The notes below the pieces were generated by a model. It was not told the DNA's origin. It saw only the letters and a list, made by a program, of their open reading frames with translations, and did no database searches. This document shows, piece after piece, positions 1-9,092 of a stretch of 22,963 nt of DNA. Source of the DNA: PVC group bacterium (lineage in GTDB: Bacteria > Auribacterota > Erginobacteria > Erginobacterales > Erginobacteraceae); contig JAZDIV010000110.1 of assembly GCA_043804695.1 (NCBI GenBank), positions 1 through 22,963 on the forward strand. The letters run 5' to 3'. A program made the translations under genes and the position numbers. Numbering within the stretch: the stretch's first letter is position 1; every line of letters starts with the position of its first letter.

Positions 1-48
1 CGCCCGATTATTAATCCGACCGTTGTAGGATTTACATCAAGGATCGCG

Positions 49-174
49 GTCATTGCGAGCGTTAGCCGAAGCCGCGAGCAAAGCGTGGCGGGAAGCAATC
101 TCTTGCTGTGCATAGAGTTGAGATTGCGTAGCCTGTCCCGAGCGATAGCGAAGGATCTCACTCCTCGCAATGAC
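49..174. repeat. GTCATTGCGAG...CTCGCAATGAC palindromic intergenic repeat (copy 1)
   Basis: Outer arms GTCATTGCGAG / CTCGCAATGAC and inner arms GCAATCTC / GAGATTGC; a related copy lies at 1763-1867. Confidence 0.75.
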
Positions 175-403
175 ATGTCCATGCAATTATGGACTGACTA
201 ATAAGTAACCACAGAGGACACAGAGAACACGGAGGATGAGGATACTCAAAAGGGTATAATAAAAATTCTCGGTAATCCCGCCGAAGGCGGGCAAGCTCCG
301 TATTTACCCCGCTTCGCGAGGTCTCGGTGGTTTACATTCTCTTCGTGCCTGCGCGCTGTAGCGCTTCGGCGCGCAAGCGTGTCCTTCATGGTGATTAAAA
401 GTC

Positions 404-1648
404 TCAGTCCAGCAGATGGATGATGAGCCCGGAGCGGAGCTTGGGTTCGAACCAGGTGGATTTCGGCGGCATTACCATCCCCCGGTCCGCGATCTCCATC
501 AGCTGGTCGATCGAGGTGGGATAGAGCGAGAAGGCGATCGCGTCGCCTCCGTCGACCTGCCGCTGCAATTCATCCAGCCCCCGGATTCCGCCCACGAAGT
601 CGATTCGGTCGTCTTTCCGGGGATCGCCGATCCCGAGGATGGGGGCGAGAAGATTCCGCTGCAGGATGGAAACGTCGAGCGAATTGACCGGGTCATTTGC
701 CGGAAAGCTCCCGTTCCGGGCGGTAAGCCGGTACCACTGCCCGGCCAAATACATCCCGAAGGTGTGCGGCTTTTCCGAGCGGCAGGGACGGCTGCCGGGA
801 AGGGAGCTGATCTCAAACGATTCGGCGGCCCGGCGCAGGAACTCTTCCGGGGAGAGACCGTTCAGATCGCCGACTACCCGGTTGTAGTCCATGATATGGA
901 GCTGGTTGTGCGGAAAGATGACGGCCAGGAAGTAATTGTACTCTTCTTCGCCGGTGTGGGAGGGGTTCGCCGCCCGCCGCATCTGCCCGACTTTCGTCCC
1001 GGCAGCGGACCGGTGGTGCCCGTCGGCGACATAGAGACGGTCGATCCGGGCGAAGATCCCCCGGATCTTTTCCAGTATCTCCGGGTCATCGATTTTCCAG
1101 AAGGTGTGCCTGACCCCGTCGTTTGCCGTGAAGTCGTAGATGGGGACGTTCCCGGTCAATTCCTCCGTCAGGGACGTCATTTCTTCATCCGCCCGGTAAG
1201 TGAGAAAGACCGGGCCGGTGTTGGCGTTGAGGGTGTCGACGTGCCTGATCCGGTCGGTCTCCTTCTCGGCCCGGGTATGCTCGTGTTTTTTGATGATGTC
1301 ATTCTCATAGTCCTCGATCGAAGCCGCTGCCACCAGGCCGGTCTGGGCAACCTCGCCCATGTTCAGGCGGTAAAAATAAAAAGAGGGTCTGCTGTCCTGG
1401 ATCAGAATACCTTCTGCAATCAGCCGGTCCAGGTTTTCCCGGCCCTTTTTGTACACGGCATCGTCATAGACATCCGTCTCCTCCGGCAGGTCGATGTCCG
1501 GTTTAACCACATGCAGGAAACTGTGGGGTTTATCTCCGGCCATGATTCTGGCTTCCCGTGAATCCAGAACGTCGTAGGGCGGAGAGGCGACCGCTTCCGC
1601 CTTCTCGGGGGTCGGCCGCAGGCCTCTGAACTCTTTGATCTTAACCAT
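404..1648 (-). CDS. DUF1015 family protein
   Basis: 414 aa with the family hallmarks F(R)GLRP, SPPYDV, HEHT, YVADGHHRSAA and MPPKSTWFEPKLRSGL; GGAG RBS upstream. Confidence 0.92.
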   Translation of the reverse strand: MVKIKEFRGLRPTPEKAEAVASPPYDVLDSREARIMAGDKPHSFLHVVKPDIDLPEETDVYDDAVYKKGRENLDRLIAEGILIQDSRPSFYFYRLNMGEVAQTGLVAAASIEDYENDIIKKHEHTRAEKETDRIRHVDTLNANTGPVFLTYRADEEMTSLTEELTGNVPIYDFTANDGVRHTFWKIDDPEILEKIRGIFARIDRLYVADGHHRSAAGTKVGQMRRAANPSHTGEEEYNYFLAVIFPHNQLHIMDYNRVVGDLNGLSPEEFLRRAAESFEISSLPGSRPCRSEKPHTFGMYLAGQWYRLTARNGSFPANDPVNSLDVSILQRNLLAPILGIGDPRKDDRIDFVGGIRGLDELQRQVDGGDAIAFSLYPTSIDQLMEIADRGMVMPPKSTWFEPKLRSGLIIHLLD

Positions 1649-1722
1649 AGTATAACTCCTGGTCCATTATCCGTTTAATAAACAATAAATAAATCAGGAA
1701 CTTAGCGCTTCGCGCTAACTTC

Positions 1723-1946
1723 GTAGCGGCGACCTTCAGAGGCTGTCCGGTAAACCCTGAAATGTCATTGGGAGCCCCGAAGGGGCGAAGCAATCTATTT
1801 TTTCATTCATAACCGCCTCTTATCTAAAATAATGGGATTGCTTCGTCGCTGCGCTCCTCGCAATGACCTTTAAAATGCCTAAAATCCGAATTACCGGACA
1901 GCCTCTTCAGGTCGCCGCTATCTGGCAGCCTAAAGGCTTCCGCTAC
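1723..1946. repeat. GTAG-type REP doublet interrupted by a MITE
   Basis: GTAGCGGCGACC-TTCA-GGTCGCC (split by the insertion) plus an inverted partner GGCAGCCTAAAGGCTTCCGCTAC at 1924-1946. Confidence 0.7.
1739..1905. mobile_element. MITE with 15-bp terminal inverted repeats and a 4-bp target duplication
   Basis: GAGGCTGTCCGGTAA (1739-1753) / TTACCGGACAGCCTC (1891-1905), flanked by TTCA at 1735-1738 and 1906-1909. Confidence 0.85.
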
Positions 1947-2063
1947 GACATTTATTGTGCGCCAGAGGCGCATCTCCGCCTGAGGCGGATCTCCTCCCGA
2001 GGCGGATCAGCCTCAGGCTGAAAATTCCGAAGCAGCAAGTTAGCGCCTTCGGAGTAATTTTCT

Positions 2064-2168
2064 ACCACTAAGACACTAAGACACCAAGAGTAAAAAACAA
2101 ATAGAGATCATTAAGTAACCGCTTTCATTAATTTTTTTGTGTACTTAGTGTCTTTGTGTCTTGGTGGT
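2064..2168. repeat. ACACTAAG 8-mer-based inverted repeat pair
   Basis: ACCACTAAGACACTAAGACACCAAG (2064-2088) / CTTAGTGTCTTTGTGTCTTGGTGGT (2144-2168); relatives near 206, 8031, 9842-10064 and 13336. Confidence 0.8.
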
Positions 2169-2224
2169 TGAAATTAAAATCTTTTCATTATCGTTCATTG
2201 TTGGTTTCCCATGGTTGATGAGGT

Positions 2225-2233
2225 TGGTATACT
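2225..2233 (+). promoter_or_regulatory. extended -10 promoter (TGgTATACT), probably leaderless
   Basis: TG-n-TATACT ends 6 nt before the ATG at 2240; no SD sequence in between. Confidence 0.5.
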
Positions 2234-2239
2234 TTACAC

Positions 2240-3091
2240 ATGCCTGAAGAAGACATTTATTACATCAACGGAGCGTATGTCCCCGCCGGGAAGGCGGCGA
2301 TCCCGGTCAATGACCTGGCGTTGCTCCGGGGGTACGGCGTCTTTGATTTCATGCGGACGTACGGCAAAAAACCGTTCTGTATTGAAGAACATATCTCGCG
2401 CCTGAAAGAGTCCGCCCGCCTGACCGGCATCCCCTTTCCCTGGTCGGTTGAAGAAGTGATCGGGATCGTGAAGCAGACCCTGGACCGCAACCGCCATGAC
2501 GAGTCAAACATCCGGGTTGTTGTGACCGGCGGCCCCAGTCCTGATTTCCTTTCCCCGGGAGGGAAGCCGCGGCTGCTGGTGCTGGTGAGCAAGCTTCGGC
2601 CTTTGCCCCGGGAGTGGTATTCCCGGGGGGTGAGGGTGATCACGATCGCCCGGCGCCGTTCGATCCCCGGGGCCAAGACGATCAATTACCTGTCCGCGAT
2701 CATTGCCCTTGAGGATGCCCGGAAGCAGGGGGCGGCGGAGGCAATCTGCGTCGATGGCGACGGGACGGTGCTGGAAGGGCAGACCGCGACCATCTTCACC
2801 TTTATCGGAGACCGCCTGCTGACCAACGAAAAGGGCATTTTACCCGGCGTCACCCGGGGATTGATTCTTCGCCTGACGGAATCCGTCTTCGAGCAGGAGA
2901 TACGTGATCAGACCATTGGCGATCTGCGGGGAGCGGACGAGATCTTCATGACCGCGTCCAACAAGGAGGTGGTCCCGGTGGTGGGGGTGGACGATACGGT
3001 TATCTCCGGAGGAACGCCCGGCCCCCGGACCCGGAGGGTGATGGAATTATTCAGGGAATACACCCGCCGCTTTGCCGCCGGGGAAATATAA
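2240..3091 (+). CDS. PLP-dependent class IV aminotransferase (BCAT / D-amino-acid transaminase family)
   Basis: RGYGVFD, EHISRL, AKTINYL (PLP lysine), GILPGVTR, DEIFMTAS. Confidence 0.9.
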   Translation: MPEEDIYYINGAYVPAGKAAIPVNDLALLRGYGVFDFMRTYGKKPFCIEEHISRLKESARLTGIPFPWSVEEVIGIVKQTLDRNRHDESNIRVVVTGGPSPDFLSPGGKPRLLVLVSKLRPLPREWYSRGVRVITIARRRSIPGAKTINYLSAIIALEDARKQGAAEAICVDGDGTVLEGQTATIFTFIGDRLLTNEKGILPGVTRGLILRLTESVFEQEIRDQTIGDLRGADEIFMTASNKEVVPVVGVDDTVISGGTPGPRTRRVMELFREYTRRFAAGEI

Positions 3092-3168
3092 CAGGACCCG
3101 TACTCGGCGGCGAAAATCATGCTCGTGATTTCAGGTGGACTTCCCTGGGAACCGCGTTGCGGCAGCCA

Positions 3169-3221
3169 TTAACCCGATTTATTCATGAAAATTTATAATT
3201 TTCATGAATAATCCGGGTTAA
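3169..3221. repeat. TTAACCCG-ended palindromic mini-element (copy 1)
   Basis: TTAACCCGATTTATTCATGAAAATT...AATTTTCATGAATAATCCGGGTTAA; second copy at 7959-8013. Confidence 0.75.
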
Positions 3222-3281
3222 AACCAAGAATAATTATAGTAAATAATAGGGGAAGCATTCACAACAGGGAGGAACCGGGAG

Positions 3282-4103
3282 ATGACGAAGGCATATCACA
3301 TTCAGCTCGACCGGAAGCTGATCCGGAACGCGAAGGTAGCGATCCTCCCGGGCGATCCGGCCCGGGTTATCAGGATCGCGGAAAAACTCAGCCCGGAAAG
3401 CCGGGAACTGGCTTTCAACCGGGAATACCGGTCCTGCCTTGTCCCGGTCAGCCGGCATGACCATGTCCTGGTCATGTCGACCGGGATCGGGGGACCATCC
3501 GCTGCGATCGGGATCGAGGAACTGGCCGTACTGGGGTTGACGACGTTTGTCAGGATCGGGACGACCGGCTCGATTCAGAAAGCGCTGAAAGTGGGGGATG
3601 TGGTGATAACGATCGGCTCGGTCCGCCTGGACGGCACTTCAACCCACTACGCCCCGCTCCCGTATCCGGCCGTCGCCGATTTTTTCGTCACCCGGATTCT
3701 GGTCGAGGCGGCGGAGAAAGCGGGGATCGCCTTCAGGGTGGGGATCACCGCCTCGAGCGACTCCTTTTATCCGGGACAGGAACGGTATGATTCTTTCTCC
3801 GGCTATGTGCTCAGGGAATTCCAGGGTACGATGAGAGAATGGCAGCAGCTGAATGTTCTCAACTACGAGATGGAATCATCGGCGTTGTTCGTCACCGCTT
3901 CCGCGCTGGGCTTGCGAGCCGGCTGCATCGCGGGGGTGATCGTGAACCGGGCCGCCTCGGAGAAGATCAGGAAGAGCGATGTCCGGAAAGCGGAGAACAA
4001 TACCATCGAGGTGATCAGGAAAAGCCTCCCCGATCTCATCGCCACGGCCGGGGGATGGAGGCCTCCTCTTCGAGGGAGGGGAGGCGTCCGGTTCGGACGG
4101 TGA
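3282..4103 (+). CDS. udp: uridine phosphorylase
   Basis: AYHI, ILPGDPAR, NREY, STGIGGPS, RIGTTG, SSDSFYPGQERYD, NYEMES; GGAGG RBS. Confidence 0.93.
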   Translation: MTKAYHIQLDRKLIRNAKVAILPGDPARVIRIAEKLSPESRELAFNREYRSCLVPVSRHDHVLVMSTGIGGPSAAIGIEELAVLGLTTFVRIGTTGSIQKALKVGDVVITIGSVRLDGTSTHYAPLPYPAVADFFVTRILVEAAEKAGIAFRVGITASSDSFYPGQERYDSFSGYVLREFQGTMREWQQLNVLNYEMESSALFVTASALGLRAGCIAGVIVNRAASEKIRKSDVRKAENNTIEVIRKSLPDLIATAGGWRPPLRGRGGVRFGR

Positions 4104-4283
4104 CGGTCTGCTCCTCCCCCTTGCGGAGGATGGTGACCCGGACCGGCTCATTGAACGCGTGGCTGATGACCGCCTGCCGGACCGCCAAGTCCTCCTGTTT
4201 AGGTCATTGCGTTTATTACGCGAAATCCGCGACAACCTTGTCAGGAAGATCCGGTTATCCGGCAGGGAAAAACGGAGTACCGG

Positions 4284-4748
4284 TCAGGCGAGCCTGATCA
4301 CGATCCAGCCGGAATCGGGGTCGTTGCCCGAAACGGCCAATCCGGCCAGGATCTTCCATTCATGCTTCGCGGTCACCCCGATGAAGGTGGGGAGGGCGTT
4401 CTCCGGGAGAATGACGGTGGTCTCCCAGTCGTACTCCTCTTTCGCCTTCAGGGTCTGCGCCCCGGCGACCTCGATCTTCTGATCGTGGATGGCGGTGGTC
4501 TTCTCTATATCCTGCCTGGCCTTCTCCACCTTTTCGCCGACCTGCCGGGCGATCTCGACGTCCTTGACGACAACGGTCTCCAGGGAGGCGATCTTCAGAT
4601 ACACTCCCTCGATCGGGATGTCGGTCTCCGCCACCGCCGCGTGGATTCTGACTTTGAAAGGACCGCCCCGGGCGGGCTCGATCGCTTCCACGGACACTTT
4701 GGCGCCGCCCCCGGTAACGAAGTTCTTCAGCTTGCTCAAGAAGCCCAT
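4284..4748 (-). CDS. hypothetical protein, SpoOM / arrestin-N-like
   Basis: 154 aa with GGAGG RBS; N-terminus MGFLSKLKNFVTGGGAKVSVE resembles SpoOM-family starts; beta-rich; ends GNDPDSGW. Confidence 0.6.
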   Translation of the reverse strand: MGFLSKLKNFVTGGGAKVSVEAIEPARGGPFKVRIHAAVAETDIPIEGVYLKIASLETVVVKDVEIARQVGEKVEKARQDIEKTTAIHDQKIEVAGAQTLKAKEEYDWETTVILPENALPTFIGVTAKHEWKILAGLAVSGNDPDSGWIVIRLA

Positions 4749-4939
4749 GATATCTCCCTCCTCTCATGTCTACTCAGTTAACCCGGATTATTAATCATTG
4801 TTCAACATGTTATGGATAGTAACACCGTTCAGGAGCCTGCGGCACTCTGTTTTTCCTTCCCGATCGGCCGACGCTTTAATTCTCCGGGCACTAATGCACA
4901 TAATATCAGATTAAGAGCCACTAATCTTAACCATCTCTG

Positions 4940-6538
4940 TCAGCGGGTGCTCAGCAGGCTGCGGAGCCCCCGGAGCGGAATGATGGCCCAATCGGGACGG
5001 TTGTTAAGCTCGTAATTCAGCTCGTAGATGACCTTTTCCAGCATACAGAGATCAAGCAGCCGCTTCAGCCCTGCTTTCTTCCCGGGGAGGACGGACGCGC
5101 CGCCGGCCATGGTCTTGAGATAGGACGTGAGAAAAATATCGCTCATGGTCCGATACCACAACTCCGCCCGAAGGGTGAGAAACGCTGTTTTTTCGGGATC
5201 GTGGCCGGGGCGGAGAAAGATCGCCCCGTAGGCGGCGTAGTGGAAGGAACGGATCATCCCGGCAACATCGACCAGGGGAGAACGTTTTCGCCGCCGTTCT
5301 TCGATCGGGCGGGCCGGCTCCCCCTCGAAGTCGATGATCACGAAGTCATCGCCAGTGCAGAGAAGCTGCCCCAGGTGGTAATCTCCGTGAACCCTGGTTT
5401 TCATCCCGGCCGGCCCGGTGAGATCTTTTTCCCCGAGCAGACGGAATATCCCGGACCTGTCCCGAAGGATTTTTCTGCCCGCGGCCGCCGCTTCCGGGGG
5501 CAGATCGTCCCCCTCCACCCGCAGGCCCTCCAGCATCCGATCACTGAGCAGGCGGATGGAAGCATGGAGTTCCTCCCGGTCGGCGGGGGTGAACGCCCGG
5601 GCGGCGAAATCGGAATTGGCGGGGGCCGAGATGAGGGCCTGGTGAAGCTCGGCGGTTCGTCTGCCCAGCAGCCCGGCCGCCGCCGCATAGCTCTCGCCGG
5701 CTCGCTTTTCTTCCTCCGGGGAACCGGCCTGGAGGAAGCGGGAGACCTGCCGGAGCGAATAATTCCAGGCATCGTCCTGGTGGTGAACATAGGCCTGAAG
5801 GAGCCCGATCGTGGCCGGCGGGGAACCGGGGGAGGAAAGCTCGAGAAATCCGGCAAAAGGGGCGGTGTGGGTGAAGCCGGTCTCCTCGGTTAAGAACCGG
5901 GCCATCTCCACTTCCGGGTGGATGCCGGCGGCCGGCCGGCGGTACAGTTTCAAGATAAACGCGTCGCCGTAAACAAAAGAGGTATTGCTCTGTTCTTTTC
6001 CCAGCAGCCGGGGTTCCGGAAGCCGGCGGCCTTCTCTGATCCATTCCCGGGTCACCCGGCCCGGCGTCCCTTTCAGGAGAACCGGTTCTTGCCGGGGAGC
6101 GTCCGCTTCCGCGATGTAACGGAAGCAATCCTCCCGGAACCCCCGATCATACGCGCCATCGAAGAGGATGCTCTTTTTCCGTCCGACCGTGACCCGGGCC
6201 AGGACCGGGACATTGTCTTCGCTCCGGACGAGAGGGACTTCTTCCCCGGGCCGGCAGGAGACGGGGAGGAGATAGCGCTCGGCGCCGCCGTCGCGGTAGG
6301 AAACGGTGAGGGTGCAGAGGTATGTTGTCCCGCTTCGTCCGGTCAGGGGGCAGGAGCCGGTAATCCGGACCGCCGTCATCGTCCTGGCTTTCCCCCCGAA
6401 CCAGCGGCATTGGCGGAGATAGGCGGGAAGGAGCGGCTCCAGTTTTTCCCGGAATGGTTTATGGAAAAGCGCTTCCCGGGAGGTATTCACGGGAAGGATG
6501 ATGGTCTTCAGTGTGTTCTGCATGATGATCCGTTTCAT
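4940..6538 (-). CDS. maltokinase (Pep2/Mak-type, aminoglycoside-phosphotransferase fold)
   Basis: RWFGGKAR, EQSNTS, LKLYRR, RVHGDYHLGQ, IIDFEGEP, DVAGMIRSFHYA, EKVIYELNYELNNRPDW. Confidence 0.9.
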   Translation of the reverse strand: MKRIIMQNTLKTIILPVNTSREALFHKPFREKLEPLLPAYLRQCRWFGGKARTMTAVRITGSCPLTGRSGTTYLCTLTVSYRDGGAERYLLPVSCRPGEEVPLVRSEDNVPVLARVTVGRKKSILFDGAYDRGFREDCFRYIAEADAPRQEPVLLKGTPGRVTREWIREGRRLPEPRLLGKEQSNTSFVYGDAFILKLYRRPAAGIHPEVEMARFLTEETGFTHTAPFAGFLELSSPGSPPATIGLLQAYVHHQDDAWNYSLRQVSRFLQAGSPEEEKRAGESYAAAAGLLGRRTAELHQALISAPANSDFAARAFTPADREELHASIRLLSDRMLEGLRVEGDDLPPEAAAAGRKILRDRSGIFRLLGEKDLTGPAGMKTRVHGDYHLGQLLCTGDDFVIIDFEGEPARPIEERRRKRSPLVDVAGMIRSFHYAAYGAIFLRPGHDPEKTAFLTLRAELWYRTMSDIFLTSYLKTMAGGASVLPGKKAGLKRLLDLCMLEKVIYELNYELNNRPDWAIIPLRGLRSLLSTR

Positions 6539-6635
6539 CCGCGGTTTGCCGACGCCGCCCGGGCGCCCGGCGATCAGCAGAATAGTATCTTAAAATGCGC
6601 AGATGAGAACACGTAATATTATTAACCCGTTTTCA

Positions 6636-6664
6636 TTGCGAGGAGACCGGCGAGTTGCTATACT
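6636..6664 (+). promoter_or_regulatory. sigma70-type promoter upstream of ackA
   Basis: TTGCGA-17 nt-TATACT with a TGn extension. Confidence 0.6.
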
Positions 6665-6740
6665 ACCGGAGCAAAACAGGCGTACCTCAATTGAGCGCAA
6701 TTGAGCATGTCTCGATCGGAGCGGTCGGCAACGTGGGGGG

Positions 6741-7979
6741 ATGATGGCGATGAAGATACTGGTTTTAAACTGCGGAAGTTCTTCGGTGAAGTTCCAGGTT
6801 ATTGAAACTTCAAAAGAACTCTTCGAGAAACACGCGAACGTGGTTCATGCCCGGGGGTTGATTGAACGGGTGGGGAAGGAGGACGCGATCGTTAATTACA
6901 CCCCCCTGGGCAAAGATAAGTTACAGTCTGTTGAGCCGATCGCGGACCACCGGAAAGCGATCCAGAAAGTTCTGGATCTCCTGCTGGATAATAAGGTGGG
7001 TGTCCTCAAGAGCATCGACGAGATCGAGGCGGTCGGCCACCGGATGGTTCACGGGGGAGAGGAGTTCGCTTCTTCAGTTTTGATCGACGACAAGGTACTG
7101 TCCCGGATGCGGGAGTGCTCCGACCTCGCCCCGCTCCATAACCCGGCCAACTTGAAGGGGTACGAGGCGAGCAAGGACGTTCTCCCCCGGGTCGAGCACG
7201 TCGGTGTTTTTGATACCGCTTTTCATCAGACAATGCCCCCCTCGTCCTATCTCTACGCCATCCCTCTCAGATATTATGAGAAATACAAGATCCGCCGGTT
7301 CGGTTTTCACGGGACGAGCCACCGCTACGTGTTTTACCGGTACTGCAAGCTGACCGGCCGGGAACCCTCCCGGACGAGTGCCGTCACCTGTCATCTCGGC
7401 AACGGGGCCTCAATCGCCGCCATCAAGGACGGGAAAAGCCGTGATACCTCGATGGGATTCACTCCTCTGGAAGGGCTGGTGATGGGGACCCGGAGCGGGG
7501 ATCTGGACCCGGCGATCCACCAGTATGTCATCCAGAAAGAGGGGAGTGACATTGACGAATTCACCCGGGTCCTGAACAAGGAGAGCGGGATGCTCGGGTT
7601 GAGCGGGATGTCCAATGACATGCGGGAGATTCTCGAGGCGGCGGCGGCGGGGAACGAGACCTGCGCGACCGCCCTCGATGTCTATTGTTATCGCCTGAAA
7701 AAATATATCGGCGCCTATATCGCGGCGATGAACGGGGCCGACGCGGTCATCTTCACCGGCGGGGTGGGGGAGAATGCCGCTTTGGTCCGGGAAAAAGCCG
7801 CCGGTCGGCTCGCTTTCATCGGGATCGAGCTTGACCCGGAAAAAAACAAAAAGATGAGCGGCCGGGAAGGAAAGATCTCCCGGGAGAATTCCCGGGTGGA
7901 TGTCTGGGTGATCCCGACCAACGAAGAACTGGTCATCGCCTGGGATACGTATCAGTGCGTTAACCCGGATTGTTCATGA
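6741..7979 (+). CDS. ackA: acetate kinase
   Basis: ILVLNCGSSSVK, GHRMVHGG, LAPLHNP, FDTAFHQT, GFHGTSH, HLGNGAS, DTSMGFTPLEGL, FTGGVGEN, IPTNEE; the true start may be the ATG at 6750. Confidence 0.97.
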   Translation: MMAMKILVLNCGSSSVKFQVIETSKELFEKHANVVHARGLIERVGKEDAIVNYTPLGKDKLQSVEPIADHRKAIQKVLDLLLDNKVGVLKSIDEIEAVGHRMVHGGEEFASSVLIDDKVLSRMRECSDLAPLHNPANLKGYEASKDVLPRVEHVGVFDTAFHQTMPPSSYLYAIPLRYYEKYKIRRFGFHGTSHRYVFYRYCKLTGREPSRTSAVTCHLGNGASIAAIKDGKSRDTSMGFTPLEGLVMGTRSGDLDPAIHQYVIQKEGSDIDEFTRVLNKESGMLGLSGMSNDMREILEAAAAGNETCATALDVYCYRLKKYIGAYIAAMNGADAVIFTGGVGENAALVREKAAGRLAFIGIELDPEKNKKMSGREGKISRENSRVDVWVIPTNEELVIAWDTYQCVNPDCS

Positions 7980-8013
7980 AAACCAAAAATTTCCATGAAC
8001 AATTCGGGTTAAC
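7959..8013. repeat. TTAACCCG-ended palindromic mini-element (copy 2), overlapping the ackA stop
   Basis: GTTAACCCGGATTGTTCATGAAA...TTTCCATGAACAATTCGGGTTAAC. Confidence 0.75.
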
Positions 8014-8084
8014 ATTTCCCTTTTTTCGTTGTGTCTTGGTGGTAAAAGTTACAACTATAAAGTAGCGCCTAAGGCGCTACTTTA

Positions 8085-8276
8085 CTGCTTCGGAATTTCA
8101 ATAATAGCTATGCCGATTTCAGTTTACAGATACCCCATGCTTCAGAGGTAAAACGTTGGCTGAGATTATAAGGCTATTTGAAAGGTGCTCCGCCCCGATA
8201 TAATCGGGTTTGCCTCTATGATAATAGTATCGTTAACCAACAGACCCGACGAAGTCGGGTCCATTATAAAGTAGCG
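8085..8276 (+). repeat. structured ~190-bp intergenic element (copy 1)
   Basis: Shares TTCGGAATTTCAATAAT, TACAGATA, TGCTTCAGA, a terminal GACCC-GGGTC hairpin and CATTATAAAGTAGCG with 12349-12548. Confidence 0.7.
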
Positions 8277-8299
8277 AGCGCAGCGAGTTAATTTATATT

Positions 8300-8806
8300 A
8301 TGGATGAGACTCACTCCAGAGCAGTTGTTAAAATTATGAAGAACCTGGGGCGCCGGGCCGAGGGCAAGGTGGAGAAAATCAGCCGGGGGGGTCGGGTCGG
8401 GATGCTCTTCGCGGAGATCAAGGATGCCGACGGGGATAAAAGGGGCGAGCCGGGTTTCCGTTCCCGGGTGGAGCTGATCCTCTACCTGGCCCGGAGCGGC
8501 GAAGCGGAAAAGTACTATGACTTCGGCGTGATTCAGATGGCGCTCGCGGTCCGGGCCTGGGATATCTGGGAAAAACTCTGGGGGGAGAAATACCCCGATC
8601 GGGGAGATGAGTGGGAGACGGGCTTTGACCACGGGCTGATGCGGGTCTGGCGGGATAAGGTCCGCCGGCTCTTTATCGAACACCATCAGGAGAAAGTCAT
8701 CCCCATGAAACTGGACGAATACGTTACCCGGCTGGTAGAAGGGGATCTGGATGAAGAGACCGCCGGGGAGATCGCTTTTTTCTTTTATAAGGCATTTCAT
8801 TTATAA
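8300..8806 (+). CDS. hypothetical protein
   Basis: GC-rich ORF in an AT-rich context; coding-like composition starts near the ATG at 8336 (likely the true start); no motif recognised. Confidence 0.6.
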   Translation: MDETHSRAVVKIMKNLGRRAEGKVEKISRGGRVGMLFAEIKDADGDKRGEPGFRSRVELILYLARSGEAEKYYDFGVIQMALAVRAWDIWEKLWGEKYPDRGDEWETGFDHGLMRVWRDKVRRLFIEHHQEKVIPMKLDEYVTRLVEGDLDEETAGEIAFFFYKAFHL

Positions 8807-9092
8807 ATTAGCGCCTCCGGCGCTAATTTAGAAGAATTGGAGTGAATTGTACCTTTTAAACGTGTAACAGACTGATAATTACTCAAGAATTAGTTTGAAT
8901 GCAACTGCTCAATAAACAACGGTAAGTCCTTAGCATAATAAAACAAAACAAAATATTTTTTCCTGGTTGCTTTTTCGCCTGTTTCGGGAGTTCAATAATC
9001 GGATCTTTCCGATTATTGAAATTCCGAAACAGTAAAGTAGCGCCTTCAGCGCTACTATATAATAGCTATTATTTTTTGGAGAAAAATAATAT

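Noticed and set aside
416..1561. Long antisense ORFs (416-1561; also 10398-11243, 12558-13394, 5201-5893, 8288-8800)
   Set aside because: Shadow frames of GC-rich real genes, with no motifs or RBS
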